Below are positions 40,405 to 53,060 of a stretch of DNA of 64,000 nucleotides, in pieces. A model generated the notes under the pieces. The model had not been told where the DNA came from. It saw only the letters and a list, made by a program, of their open reading frames with translations, and did not search any database. Location: NCBI RefSeq assembly GCF_009834535.1, contig NC_045696.1, positions 15,626,001 to 15,690,000 on the forward strand, in the 5' to 3' direction. Both the position numbers and the translations under genes were made by a program. Origin of the DNA: Camelus ferus (Eukaryota). How positions within the stretch are numbered: the first letter of the stretch is position 1; each line of letters opens with the position of its first letter.

Positions 40405-40884
40405 TGTATATTAATTTCCTGGGAATGCCATAACAAAGCACCACAAACTAGGTGGTTTAACCAATAGAGGTTTATTATCTGACAATAAATTCTAAAGGCT
40501 AGAAGTCTGAGCTCAAGACGTCTGCAGAGCTGGTTCCTTTGGAGGGCTCTGAGGAAGAATCCGCTCCACGCCTCCCTCCGGGTTTCTGGTGGTCTGCTGG
40601 CAGTCTGGTATTCCTTCTGGGCTGTAGCTGTCTCACCTCAATTTCTGCCCCTGTCTTCACAGGACATTGTCCCTGGGTGTCTGTGTCCAAGTTTCTCCTT
40701 TTTATAAGGACATCAGTCATTGGATTGGAGGACCACCCTAACTCCAGTGTGACCTCATTTTAACTTAACTAATTATATTTGCAACGATCCTAATTTTCAA
40801 ATAAGGTCACATTTGGAGATAATGGAAGTTGGCACTTCAACATATGATTTGGGGTGGGGGGACACAGTCCATCCTCTGATAGCA
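40405..40884 (-). mobile_element. MaLR solo LTR (MLT1C-like), near full length
   Basis: GCCATAACAAAGCACCACAAACTAGGTGGTTTAA...GGCTAGAAGTCTGAG...TTTTATAAGGACATCAGTCATTGGATT...CAAATAAGGTCACATT. Confidence 0.88.
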
Positions 40885-41314
40885 TGTCTGGTCATTAACT
40901 TCAGTCTTTCTTCTTTATTTTTGCCTAAGTTCCTATACTTTTAATTACTTTACTTTCAAGTTTACTAATGAATTTCTACAGCAACTATTCTTGCTTTTAA
41001 GCCTGTTCACTGAATTTTTTCTTGTTCTCTGTTTTACATGTTCTTTTCTCTATATGCTCTTTGTTTCATCTCCTATTTCTATTCTCATTATGTTCATTTC
41101 CCTTTAAATACTTGAACACATTGAGCATAAATATAGAGGCTTTCTTAATATCTTATCTACTAATTCCTTCATTTTTTGGCCATTTGTGTCTTTTCCCTTG
41201 CCTACTTTTTCTCCTGTTAATGGGTTACATTTTTCTTCATTTTTGCATATCTTTGCATGTCCAGTAATTTTGGACATGGTGAATTTACGTTGATGAGGAC
41301 TGGATATTATCTTC

Positions 41315-41632
41315 TTTTTTTAAAATTGAAGTATGGTCAGTTACAAAGTGTCAGTTTCTTGTGTACAGCATAATGTCCCAGTCATGCATATACATACATA
41401 TATTCTTTTTCATATTCTTTTTCTTAAATGTTATTACAAGATATTGAATAAAGTTCCCTGTGCTATACAGAAGAAATTTGTTTTTTTAATCTATTTTTAT
41501 ATGTAGTGGCTAATATTTGCAAATCTCAAACTCCCAAATTTATCCCTTCCTACCCCCTTTCCTTTGGTAACCATAAACAATTGTTTGCTATGTCTGCGAG
41601 TCTGTTTCTGTTTTGTAGATGAGTTCATTATG
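41315..41632 (-). mobile_element. L1 3' UTR insertion
   Basis: Reverse L1 3' UTR. Diverged 16-bp TSD GAGGACTGGATATTAT (41295-41310) / GAGGACTGGGTTTTAT (41633-41648). Confidence 0.9.
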
Positions 41633-42399
41633 GAGGACTGGGTTTTATAGTCTTCCGTTCAGGAGTGTTAAAGTTCATTCTGCCAAGTTGTAAAATTAAC
41701 TGCAGAGCTGCTTGATCTTTCCTTGTTCCTCCGCTTCGTTAGGTCAGGTCTGGAGAAGCCATTACCCTAGGGTTACACTACATTACACAGGCACGACCTC
41801 CTACCATCCTCACCCCGCGTCCCAGATGCTGAATGACTACAGTTACTCTGTCTGGTTAAAATACAAAGTGTCTTCCATCCCTGTATAAGGTCTGAGAAGT
41901 GTTCAGATTACGTTCTTCCTGGATGTTCCTTTCCCAATCTCCCTTTCACCCTACACATATGAGGTGTGATATTCATCAACCCAATTAAGGGCATCCCTAT
42001 GTGGATTTCTAGAGCTTTCTCCATGCAGTTCTGTGCTCCCTAACACTCTTCCTTGCAAATTGCAGCTCCTGATTCTTCCAAAACTGGAGTCCATCTCCTC
42101 AAATCAGTGGGACCACTGTGCCGTTCTTATGTTTCCACTTTCTGCACCATGATCCAGAAAGTGCTTCCACCCAGACAGCCAGGGCTTCCCTCCAGCTCCC
42201 TTCTTTTGTTTCCCTTATCTCAGGGATCACAATTCTGTGTTCTGAGTTCTAAAAACTATTACAATTTTGGTCCAGTTTTCTAAATATTCATGGCAGGAGA
42301 AAAAAAATCTGGATCCAGTTACTCTATCACAAACTTAGCAGAAGACTTAATGTGCATAGTGATAAACAACTTCTTGAATAGAATTTCTTCTTGAATGCT

Positions 42400-43700
42400 T
42401 AGAGCTTTTGTTTAATTTTATTTAATCAAAATCATGAAGGTAGTCACATACATTTTCCTCTAATATCTTAACTGTTTTACTTTTAACCATTAGATCCACA
42501 ATTTATCTGAAAAATACTTTTTTTCTATGTGGTGAGTTAGGATCTAGATCTTTTTTTTTTCCCCACTTGAATACCAAATGGCCCAGTCTATTTATGAAAA
42601 ACACTTTTTATGAATGAACTATGTTTGCTTTTACAAATAATGTGACTAGATATATCAGTTTAATTTGGGACCCTATTCTGTTCTATTGATTTATTTGTCT
42701 ATTTGTGAACTTCCACCACACTCCAAATTACTATAGCTCCGTAATAACCTAGATATATAGTGTAGGTCCTTTAGTTTTGTTTTTTACCAGATTGCCTTGG
42801 CCATCTTTGACCCTTGGCATTTCCTAGTGAATTTTAAATTCAGTTTAGTGGTTCCTAAAATAAACAAACAAGCAAATCCTGATACTATTTTTTTATTGCA
42901 ATATTATTGGATTTTAGATTTATATGAAAATAATTCAAATCTTTACCATAATGAGGCTTCCAAAACCTCATGAAATATTTCAAAATTTATACAGGTGTCA
43001 TTTCATGTTAATCAATTGGTTCTTGGATTTTAGGAAAAAGATTTTGCACATCATTATTTAGATATATTCTCAGGTATTTGATTTTTTGATGTTATTATAA
43101 CTAATATCTTTCTTACAACTTTTTTCCTATACATTTGTTGCTGGTACATAAACAAGCTTTTTTTGTTTGTTTATAATCATTAGTAATAGTCACATTGCTC
43201 AATCTACTATTAACTTAACTCTACTACTATTAATATTTAAAAACTTACTTTGGAATTTCTACATATGTAATCATTTTGTTCTATAAATAATGGCATCTTT
43301 ATTTCCTGACTAACTATCCTTACACTTTTTTTTCTTGTCCTATCTTATTAGCTAAAGGCAATTAAAATATTGAATAGAAAAGGTACCATCATCTTGTTCT
43401 TAATCTTGAGGGGATATCTTCAATATTTCACCACAGTGCATGTTTCTTCCCATAGGTTAACTATTCCTTTTGTCAAATTAAGAAAATTCCTTTCTATTTC
43501 TAATTTGCAAGAATTTGTTTGTTTGTTTTAATCATAAGTGTTGAATATAACCAAATGCTTTTTCTGTATCTTTTGATATGATTCATGACCTTCATTTTTT
43601 ATTCAAAAATGTAGTTTTATTCAATTATGTTGATCAGTTTCTTAAAAATATATATTTAGCTAGCTAGAATAAACCCCACATGGTCTTGAGATAGAACTTT
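42400..43700 (-). mobile_element. Ancient, heavily decayed L1 ORF2 segment (L1M-type)
   Basis: Reverse L1 ORF2 signatures such as CTATTCTGTTCTATTGATTTATTTGTCTAT, ATATTGAATAGAAA...CATCTTGTTCTTAATCTT and AAATGCTTTTTCTGTATCT. No long ORF. Confidence 0.7.
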
Positions 43701-44306
43701 CTAACGTTTGTTAAAGCATCATCTCAGACAAATTGATCATGAACATATGTTAAAGTTTGTCTTGAAATTTGACACAAAGACAGGAGCTTATGAACATGTC
43801 AATTCATACAGCTGCCCTGAGAAGGACATTCTATACAGTAAAATGGCTATATAATAGTTGTTGAGATTGGATAAAATATAACACAATGGCTAATTTAAAA
43901 TTATGGGGCTCTTCCTAAGTTTGAACACTGTTAGAATTTTAGGTGGGGCTCTTCGGTTTATTAACATTCATCAGAGAATTGCTGGAGGACTTTATCAGGA
44001 GTGGTAATTACTCCCAGAAGGAATGTCTAATCACATTAGACCATAGCATTCTTTCAAGTTTTGGACAGTTCTTTTAGGTGTCAAGCAAAGCATCTGTTTA
44101 TTAACTAAGAGAGTCATGAATACCTATGAAACTTACCTAAGATTTAATACAGTTGTAGAACAAAAGAACTGTTTCACAATGGAAGTCGAAAGGGCTAATG
44201 GTGGAAAGAATGAATATACTATTTACTGGTGCCCTTCTGAGCCCACCTGGTCTCCACACTGTGGTACACTACTTGCAAATCTGGTTATTTGGCATAAAAG
44301 GATAAT

Positions 44307-44323
44307 CACGTGTGGATCACGTG
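44307..44323. promoter_or_regulatory. Tandem canonical E-boxes CACGTG-N5-CACGTG (ChoRE geometry)
   Basis: CACGTG TGGAT CACGTG read directly; function is inferred. Confidence 0.4.
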
Positions 44324-45449
44324 TAGAGCTATTAAGATGATAATTGTAACACGAACTATACCAAAAATAAGTAAGAAAATGAGAGAGGGTGGGAAGGAGC
44401 TAGAAAGGAAAAGTTTAGCAATGTTTATCAGCAATGAAATTATATAATTAGGATCCATCAGTAAAACTAACTCTCAGCAACCATTCAAATGACTATTACA
44501 CAATGTTTTCATTATCATTAATGTTACCCATACATTGTTAAATGAACTACAAAAAGCAGATTCCAATACTATATATTCTCATTAAAATAATGTATACACA
44601 AATAGAGCGTATAAAAATCTTCTATATAGGAACGTGGAAGGGCTATGTTAAATTATTTCTAGGATGGTAGATTATTTTTATTTTCTCCCTTTTGATTTCT
44701 TTATATCTTTCTTAAATACGTTTTGCTTAAATAATAATAAGAAAAAAATCTTATAATAATGTATTTTTCTGCAGTTAGACACAAATACAAACTTCCCATA
44801 CTATTTCATAAAAGCCTCTAAAATTCCTTCAAAAAGAAGCTTTCCTTGATGTAAAGCAATTCTATTACATGCTTTACTGAATGTATACTAAAAGGCCCAG
44901 AGAGGTACTCCCTTTAACTTCTGTCTTATTTCCTACACCACCTTCTTGAGAACACAGCTGAGTGCGTTTATATTCCAAGCATGCCTGCCACAAGTAGCAC
45001 ACATTATTTCACCATAGCCCACGGCATTCTTTGTGCAAATCTGCTGTCAAGTAACCTACCAAATGCAATTTATCCAGTCCTCTTTATAGTTGCTGGAGGT
45101 TCTAGAATTATAAAGTCACTGGCCATACTCTCCAGAGCAAAACTTTGTTAGAATCTGCCTGTACCAAAAGGGACAGGCTTAAGAATGCAGTGGGCCTAAG
45201 TGTCATCTTGTCAGTGATAGCAACAGTCTGAAAAGCAAAGTTAATAACAAGTAGATGCATGCTTGAGTGAGTCAATCAGATTCCTACTATATGTTTGAAG
45301 ACTGTGATACCAAAACACAGCAGCCAGCTGTCCATCTGAAAGCCACAGCTTCTACAGAGTGCTGGATTTCATCAGCTTCTTTCATTCTGGTAGGACTTTA
45401 ATCAGAAAAAATTCCTACTGACATGTTCATTAAGAACAAGATTGACAAT

Positions 45450-46690
45450 ACAATAAAAAAAATGAGCAAAAGATTTGAACAGAGACTTACCAATTAGCAT
45501 ATTAAAAGCATCCTAGCCTTTCAAACACAAGGAAATGAATATTAAGCACATGTTATCCTCACCAAAACTAAAACGATGAGCAATACCAAGTGTTGGCTAG
45601 GATGTGAAGTAGCAGCAATCATCATATTCTGCAGATGGAAAGGAAAACTTACATAACTACATTGGAAAACTGACAGTAGCTACTAAAGTTCAACAAATGT
45701 ATGCCTTGTGACACAGAAATTATCCAACTCAGTATATAATTGGCAGAATTCTGTACGTATGCACATCAGAAGACCAGCACGTGAATGTTCATCAAAGCAC
45801 TATGGTACCTCCTATTCCCATTTCTAAACATGCACTGCAGCATTATTTACAACAGCCCAAACTTGAAACAATGCAAATATTTATCAATCCAAATGTGTAT
45901 GAATTTTGCTATATTCATAGAATGGAATACCATTCAGTGATGAAAAATTAATGAATTACTGCAGCATTCATCAAAAAGAATGATTCTCACAACAACAACA
46001 AAAATCTTCCTTATTGATGAATGTTAATCATATTATTATAGATTTTATTTCTTTTTATGTATATGTTTGTTGTTATTTGATTGTATGTTAATCATGTTGT
46101 TATTGATGTTGGTGATGAATGTGAATCACAATGTTAAATCATCAACATTAAACATAATGTTGAATAAAAGAAGCCAAATGTGAAATAGACATAGCATATA
46201 ATTCCATTTGTATAGAATTCAAAAATAAGCAACGTTCAATTATGGTGTGAAAAGTAATAGTAGGTACTCTCTGGTTGGAGGAAGAATTTCTGGAAGGAGG
46301 CATCTGCGATTTTTTTCCATAGATTTGATCACTTTATGAAAGTTTTTAATTTGTGCATTTCATTGAATTGATGTCTCAGGCAGTAAAAGTTTATTTAGAA
46401 CATTTTTTAAATGTGTAAAAATTAATCCATGGTATTAAAAATTTGAATAGTAATTATCTTTGGGGAGGGATCTGGGCAGTGCTTGGGAGCAGTCTGAAGT
46501 GGGTATCTAGAATGTTCATGATGCTCTGTTTCAGGACCTGAATCATGTTTACTTTAGTGTTTTCACTGTGATTTGTGAAATTTTATACTGATTTCAATTA
46601 AAATATGTATATTAATAATTGCTTAAGATACACATGAATTTGTGGAATTTTGTTGGTATGTGTGTTATATTTCACATTTTAAAAGTGCTT
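45450..46690 (+). mobile_element. Ancient L1 3' region fragments (L1ME/MC-like)
   Basis: AAATGAGCAAAAGATTTGAACAGAGACTT, CAATACCAAGTGTTGGCTAGGATGTG and AACATAATGTTGAATAAAAGAAGCCA. Confidence 0.75.
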
Positions 46691-48979
46691 ACACACAATA
46701 ATATCACCTTAGTCCAATTTTTTCATACTGATGGGCAATAACGTGTCAACTGCACAATCAATATTAAATACTGTTTCTGCTAGGCTAGCTCTAAATCTGT
46801 ATATGTATAGCAATAGGATGAGATTTTCTATCAGAAAATATTTGTTCCTTTATGCAAATAATATTGCAGGTGAAATATGATCTGGTAATCTCTGGCATCT
46901 GAAATCAGAGACGAAATTTGAGCCCAAGAAATTGAACTATTTACATTTCAATGGCTTGAAAATAAGTTTTGTAGTCTGTGACTCTGAAAGAAGGAACAGT
47001 ATCTTAATTTTTAAAACAATACATATAGAGCTGGATGAAGGTAATTAATAGCTAAGTCTAAATTGTGGTTACAATCAGAATTTAAATCTTTCTTAATCTG
47101 CCTGGAATACTGATGAGTGAGACCATCAGAAGAGTCTCCCAGGAAATAAGAATCTACCTAAAAAGACCATTAGCACAAATATCGCAGGAATTTAGATTCG
47201 GTGTCTTCTGGTCCAGTGTCCCCCATCCTTCAAATCACTAGTTGAGCCCTAAGAGCAAAAATTGAGTAGACACCTATCCGCAAACACACAATAACAGTGA
47301 TTCAAAGTTGCACCCTTTCTGGAATGATGTTGGTGGGAAGAAATTTCTCCTGCTTTGGAACAGAGATGCTGGCAGACTGCAATATTACTGGATGAAAACA
47401 AAAGGAACCATGACAAGCATTGCTGATGGCCTATTATGAGCACTAGCAGCTAAAGATAATGCACCAGCCAATGTTGGACAATGCTACCACTGGTCATCTC
47501 TGCTGAACTGGGAAGGTGGTCACAGCTTCAGCCTCCATCAGAGACAGCAGCAGTCACAGGAGCTGACTCAACGACTCAACGGTGAATCTCCCCGTGCATT
47601 TTGACAAACTATAGGATACACATACCACTTTCCTAGAGGCTGAGAGAACTTGAGTATATGAAGCCCATATATGAAAGGTCAATTTGAAAAAGATAAAAAA
47701 TTGAAATAATTTATTTTATGAAGATAATCCTAGAGTCTTTCAGAAATTGGTGAGGGAGGCTGGAGGGACAAAGAGGATTTTGGAGATTCCTTAATTGTGG
47801 AGAGTTGGAAGGAAGTTAAGATTATTAACATTAACTTAATCTTATTCAATCCTAAAGCCAATATTAGAAAACAGACCATATCACTAATGAAAATGAGCAA
47901 CTTGATTTTATAGATTTTTCCTCCATTATCTAAACTTTGCCTGCTTCCTGATTATATAAATAAAAGTTAGAGCTCATCATTCTCTTACATATTACACCTA
48001 CTAGAATTCTTAAGCTGAAGCTTTTTAGATCTTTCCTCATTGAAATTCAACTTTTTAAACACAATACAGCACAAAATAATATCAAATGCTACATGCACAG
48101 CATGACATAGCCAAGGAAGGGACCATATAATCCTTTCTCAATTATACTGCTCAGATTCAACCCGAGTCAGAAATCTGAAACATCGTGGCACTTTGGAGCA
48201 AGGCTCCAGAATCTGAAAAGACACAAAATCTAATTAAAGTCTTGGCTCTTTTGCCTTCATTGTTTGTTAACCTGGAAATACCAATGCCTAACTTCTAAAC
48301 TTCCAAAGAAATATTGAAGAAAGTAAAATTCTGAGGGAAGAGTGCATCTGGATAAGACCGTGGCTAGAATATTGGCATCCAACTCTTCCCTCCCAGAACC
48401 TAAATGAAAGGGCTTAACAAAAAGTAAAAACAATGGAAAATCTACATCAGCATCAGACATGGCAGAAGTGTACCGATGACACGCTGTGAAATTAGTGGAA
48501 TTTCTAATAGAAATCTTCCAATTGGGACCAGAATAAAAGATTTGTCTAGTCCCCAACTTTTGATCTCCCAAGGAAGGAAGGGAGTGAGAAAATGCCTAGA
48601 GATTATCTGGGCAGAACTGCAGCATCTTCCTAAAACATGAAGGAGAAAGGGCTGGACAAGAGGATGACTGGTCCTTCAGTGGAGGAAAGTGCCTGCTGGA
48701 TCTCTTGCACATTGTGGGTCAAAACAATGGGAAAGGGATGCCACGGGAGGTCAAGTGTGGCCAATGACAGACAAAGTCAGTGGCAGCAGGGCTGTTTCCT
48801 GATGCAGCAGAACCTCATCTGACAGCAAGAGTCACCTTTGATTGCCCCAGGAGGGGAGAAGACAGAGCTTGAGTGGAAAGTAAAAATGCCCACGGGTGTA
48901 GTGCCAGATGCCCAAACTGCCCGCACTTCCATCTTTTTCTCTACTTCCTTCAAGTTATAGACTCACAGGATTGGTCATA

Positions 48980-49470
48980 TAAACTGATATTAATGTATGT
49001 CCACAAAAAGACTCACACCAGAATATAGCAGTGTTATTCACAGTTTTTCCAGCAGGAAACAACGTAAAATGCCCATCAAAAGGGAATGGATAAACAAATG
49101 GTGTTAGAGTCATCCAATAAAATGATGTTCATTGATATAAAAAGCAAGAATACTGACACATGCTATGACATAAATAAACATAAAAACTTTATCTTATAAA
49201 GATGTACACACCAGATCATGCATTTTGTGAGGACATCTATTTTTATGAGGTTCAAGAGCAGGAAGAAATAACCAAGAGAGATAGAAATCAGAATAATGAT
49301 TGTCTAAGTGGAATTGCCTGATTGGGGGTATAGAGAATTTGGGAGGTGATGGTAATGTGTTATGTCATGTTATTTACATGGGTATGTCCATTTGTGAAAG
49401 CTCATTTAATTTAATCCCTAATATGTGTGCATTTCAAAACGTGTAAATTTTACCTCAATTTAAAAAAAAG
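48980..49470 (+). mobile_element. Ancient L1 3' end (L1ME-like)
   Basis: ATGTCCACAAAAAGACT...AAATGCCCATCAA...GAATGGATAAACAAATGGTG...GTAAATTTTACCTCAATTTAAAAAAA. Confidence 0.75.
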
Positions 49471-50637
49471 AAACTCTCTGAATTCTGTTATTCAATTTCA
49501 TGTCCTTCAATGTTTAACAAATCTGTGCATGGCACCCCTCTAATATTGTAAAGTGATAAGAGTATGCATTTTCCTGTGGGTTCATTTTAAACTTGACTTA
49601 TTTCCATATCCTTCTTTTTTATTGGACAAATTTCTCCTTTATTTAATTCTGGGGGGTGTGTGTATGTGTGCATGGGTGTGAGTGTGGATGTGGATGTGAG
49701 GGCAGAGCCAAAGGGATGATTCTGGATCCACTGTATGATGAGACATTTTCTTTTCCCTTTTGTTTTTCTAAAATCAACTCTTTTATCCTTTAATCTCAGT
49801 CAAAACACTACAGGGAAATGGCCAAAGATGAACAAAACTGGCTTTTCTGTTGACTGCGCCTATCCAAAATAAAGCTGCTTCCTTTGGGCTAAACTAAGAT
49901 CACAAGATAAGAATTGTTAATTTAACTGCTTCAGTGACTTTTCATGAACAGAATGCTTAATAAACGTAGAAAGAAAAAGAGCTTCTATTTTATCTTGTTA
50001 TTATCTTATTCTCGTTATTCTAAGAGACCCATTTATAGGGTGACTTCATATAAAAATAAACAGTAAGGTAATCATTTCAACCCTATCAACCTCAAGATAA
50101 TTGAAAAAAAAATTCCTTATTCCTTGTTCTCCCTTTGTGATATTAAAAGTTTTACCTGCCCTGATATTACTCCAGTAACAAGTCCTGTAAGATAATATCT
50201 TCTGAAAGTAGATATCAAAAGAAAAACTTTTATGAAAAGAAGAAATACGAGTCATCCTTATTGAAGTTTCATGTTGAAAGGAAAATATGTCAATGAAAAT
50301 TACCTAAAAGATCTAACATCACAAGACTAAACAATCCTGTGAAAGTTATTCCAACCTTCATTCAGCCTTGCTAAGTCCCTTTCTAAAGTATCCATATGGT
50401 CTAAGTACTGGCTCCACTGACGTACCTTCTCTGTCCCCACAACGTTCAATCAGTTGTTACTTCCTATAATCATACTTCTGACACCTTCCAGCATTCACAC
50501 CCTTCTTTCCATTCCCGAAGTTGTCACCTAGTTCAGGTACACTTTTCATCTCCCCTGGATTCTTTTTAAAACTTCCTAGCTAGCTGGTCTCCACTGCTCT
50601 AATGCGCTAGGGTTAGCACTCTAATCTTGTTAAACAC

Positions 50638-51993
50638 TGTATCAGTCCATTTGGGCTGAGATAACAAAATAACATAGAGTGGGTGGCCTAGGGACAATAG
50701 AAATTTATGTCTCACAATTCTGGAGGCTGGGAAGTCAGATCAGGGCCCCAGCAGATTCACTGTCTGGTGAGGGCCCACTTCTTGGTTCACAGCTGGCCAT
50801 CTTTTTGCTGAATCTCACATAGTGAAAAGGTGAGGAATCTTTGGGATCTCTCTCTTTTTTAATGGCAGAACACAAACTTTTTTCTTGAAGTATAATTGAC
50901 TTACAATATTGTGTTAGTTTCAGGTGTACAGCCTGGTGATTCAGTATTTTTCAGGTTATATTTCTCTATAGGTTATTATAAGATAATGGGTACAATTCCC
51001 TGTGCTATATAGTAAATCCATGTTGCTCATCTATTTTATATATAGTGGTTTGTATCTGTTAATCCCATACTCCTAATTTGTCCCTCCCCACTTCCCTCTC
51101 CCTTTTGGTAACTACAAGTTTGTCTTCTGTTTGTGAGTCTGTTTCTGTTTCATATATACATTCATTTGTATTATTTTTTAGATTCCACATGTAAGTGATA
51201 TCATACAATATTTGTCTTTCTCTGTCTGACTTACTTCACTAAGTATCATATTTTCCAGGTCCATCCACATATCTCACATCTTCTTAATCCAATCATCTGT
51301 TGATGGGCACTTGAGTTGCTTCCATGTCTTGGCTATTGTACATAGTGCTGCTATGAACACTGGGGTGTATGTATCTTTTCCAATTACTGTTGTCATATTT
51401 TCTGCATATATACCCAGGAGTAGAATTGCTGGATTATATGATAGCTCACTTTTTGGTTTCTTAAATGTTCTCCATACTGTTTTCTATAGTGGCTCACCAA
51501 TTTATATTCCTACCAACAGTGTACAAGGGTTAGAACACAACGTCTTTTAGTTCCTTTCACTGAGAAAACAAATATACATTTTTAACTTGGCATGGAGTTT
51601 TAGAGCATTGTTATCCATGCTTTAGGAGCAGTAGCTCCAATTTTCAGAAAGAAGAAATAATTATCAATGCTGATCCCCAAAGACTCTCAAGCCCAACACC
51701 AAGACTGCCTAGGGGTCTTCTGGAACATCTGAACTAGCTTTACGTCCTATATACTTTTAATATTGCACTGAACACCTGACACTATTGGCACCTACTTGTT
51801 TAGGAGACACGTATGTTGAGGGGATATGTGTCTTACGTGAGATCCTTCTTACAAGGGCACTAACTCCATTCTGAGTGCTCTTTGCTCATAACCTAATCAC
51901 CTCCCAAAGCTGCTACCTCCAATATACCATCCTATTTGGGGTTAGGTTTCAACAAATGAATTTTGGAGAGACTCCAGTATTTACTCTAGAGCA
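50638..51993 (-). mobile_element. MaLR solo LTR (MLT1A-like) in two halves, 50638-50854 and ~51838-51993
   Basis: Left half: TGTATCAGTCCATTTGGGCTG...TTCTGGAGGCTGGGAAGTC. Right half: CAAGGGCACTAACTCCATT...ACCTAATCACCTCCCAAAG...TTTCAACAAATGAATTTTGG. Confidence 0.85.
50878..51531 (-). mobile_element. 5'-truncated L1 3' end
   Basis: Reverse 3' UTR and ORF2 tip. TSD core AGAACACAA at 50867-50875 and 51532-51540. Confidence 0.9.
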
Positions 51994-52229
51994 CACTTGC
52001 CTGACAACCTGAGGACACCTGCCTGGTAGAAACCTTCAGAAGTTCCTTTTTGCCCAGGAAACTCCATCTAGTCTTCAAAAACAGACACACAACTGGCCCA
52101 GATTTACCCAACCACCTTTGCTTTGCCTTAGTCCTCCATATATCCAACACTCTAAAACTTCTAATTAGAAAAGTAATCTATTCTGGAGAAACTCAAGTAA
52201 TTAAAAAACTTGTCACTAAAAAAACTGTA

Positions 52230-53060
52230 GAGCTGTATGAAAACCATGACAAAGTGATTGGCTTTCCATGTCCCTTCACCCCATTTCTAAGTAGTAACTG
52301 CTGTTACCATTTCAGTGTGTATTCATCCATATTTTCATAAACAAAATACACCTACATATCGTATAGGGATTAAAATATGAAAGTAGATTTATGTTTGGGA
52401 ACTTGCCTGTTTCCCATGTATCTTTTTTGACATGAATATTTACCCATCATTCATAATTTATCTTACTCTTTTCACAATTGTTTTTATTCTGTTAATAGGC
52501 TATACCATGATTTAGTTCATTGGTTCTTATGAGTGGAATTTGGACTACTTCCATTTTTAGCATTTTAATACAATACTTGATTGAATATCTTTGTATCTAT
52601 ATCTTACATGTACCTGTGTTAAAGTATCTGTAGAGTTTTCTCAAAGTGAATTAATCTAGTTAAGTGCCATGCTCATATTTATTTTGGGTGCTATTTTTAC
52701 CCAATTGTTCTTTAAATAATCTGCAACAATTTATGCCCACTTCCCACCTCTCACCGTGACAACAGTGGGTAATATAAACTGTGTTAATCTCTCTAATGGG
52801 TGAGAACTGGTATGTCCTCTTTAAGTTTCCATTTTAAAAATCACGAGTGAGTTTGGACATTTTTGCTAACGTCAATAGATCATTATATGTCTCTTTTTTG
52901 AACTTCTTTTTAATACTCTGCCAGAACTTATGAAGTTGTTGGCCTTTTTCATATTGATTTCTATGAGTTTCTTGTGAGTTAATCAATTTCACAATTTTTC
53001 TATCATGTCAGATACAAATAATTTCCATGTTTTGTGAGTACATTTACACTCAAATGACTT
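52230..53060 (-). mobile_element. Ancient L1 fragment (L1ME-like)
   Basis: Degenerate reverse L1 text such as GAATATCTTTGTATCTATATCTT and CACGAGTGAGTTTGGACATTTTT. Confidence 0.5.
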
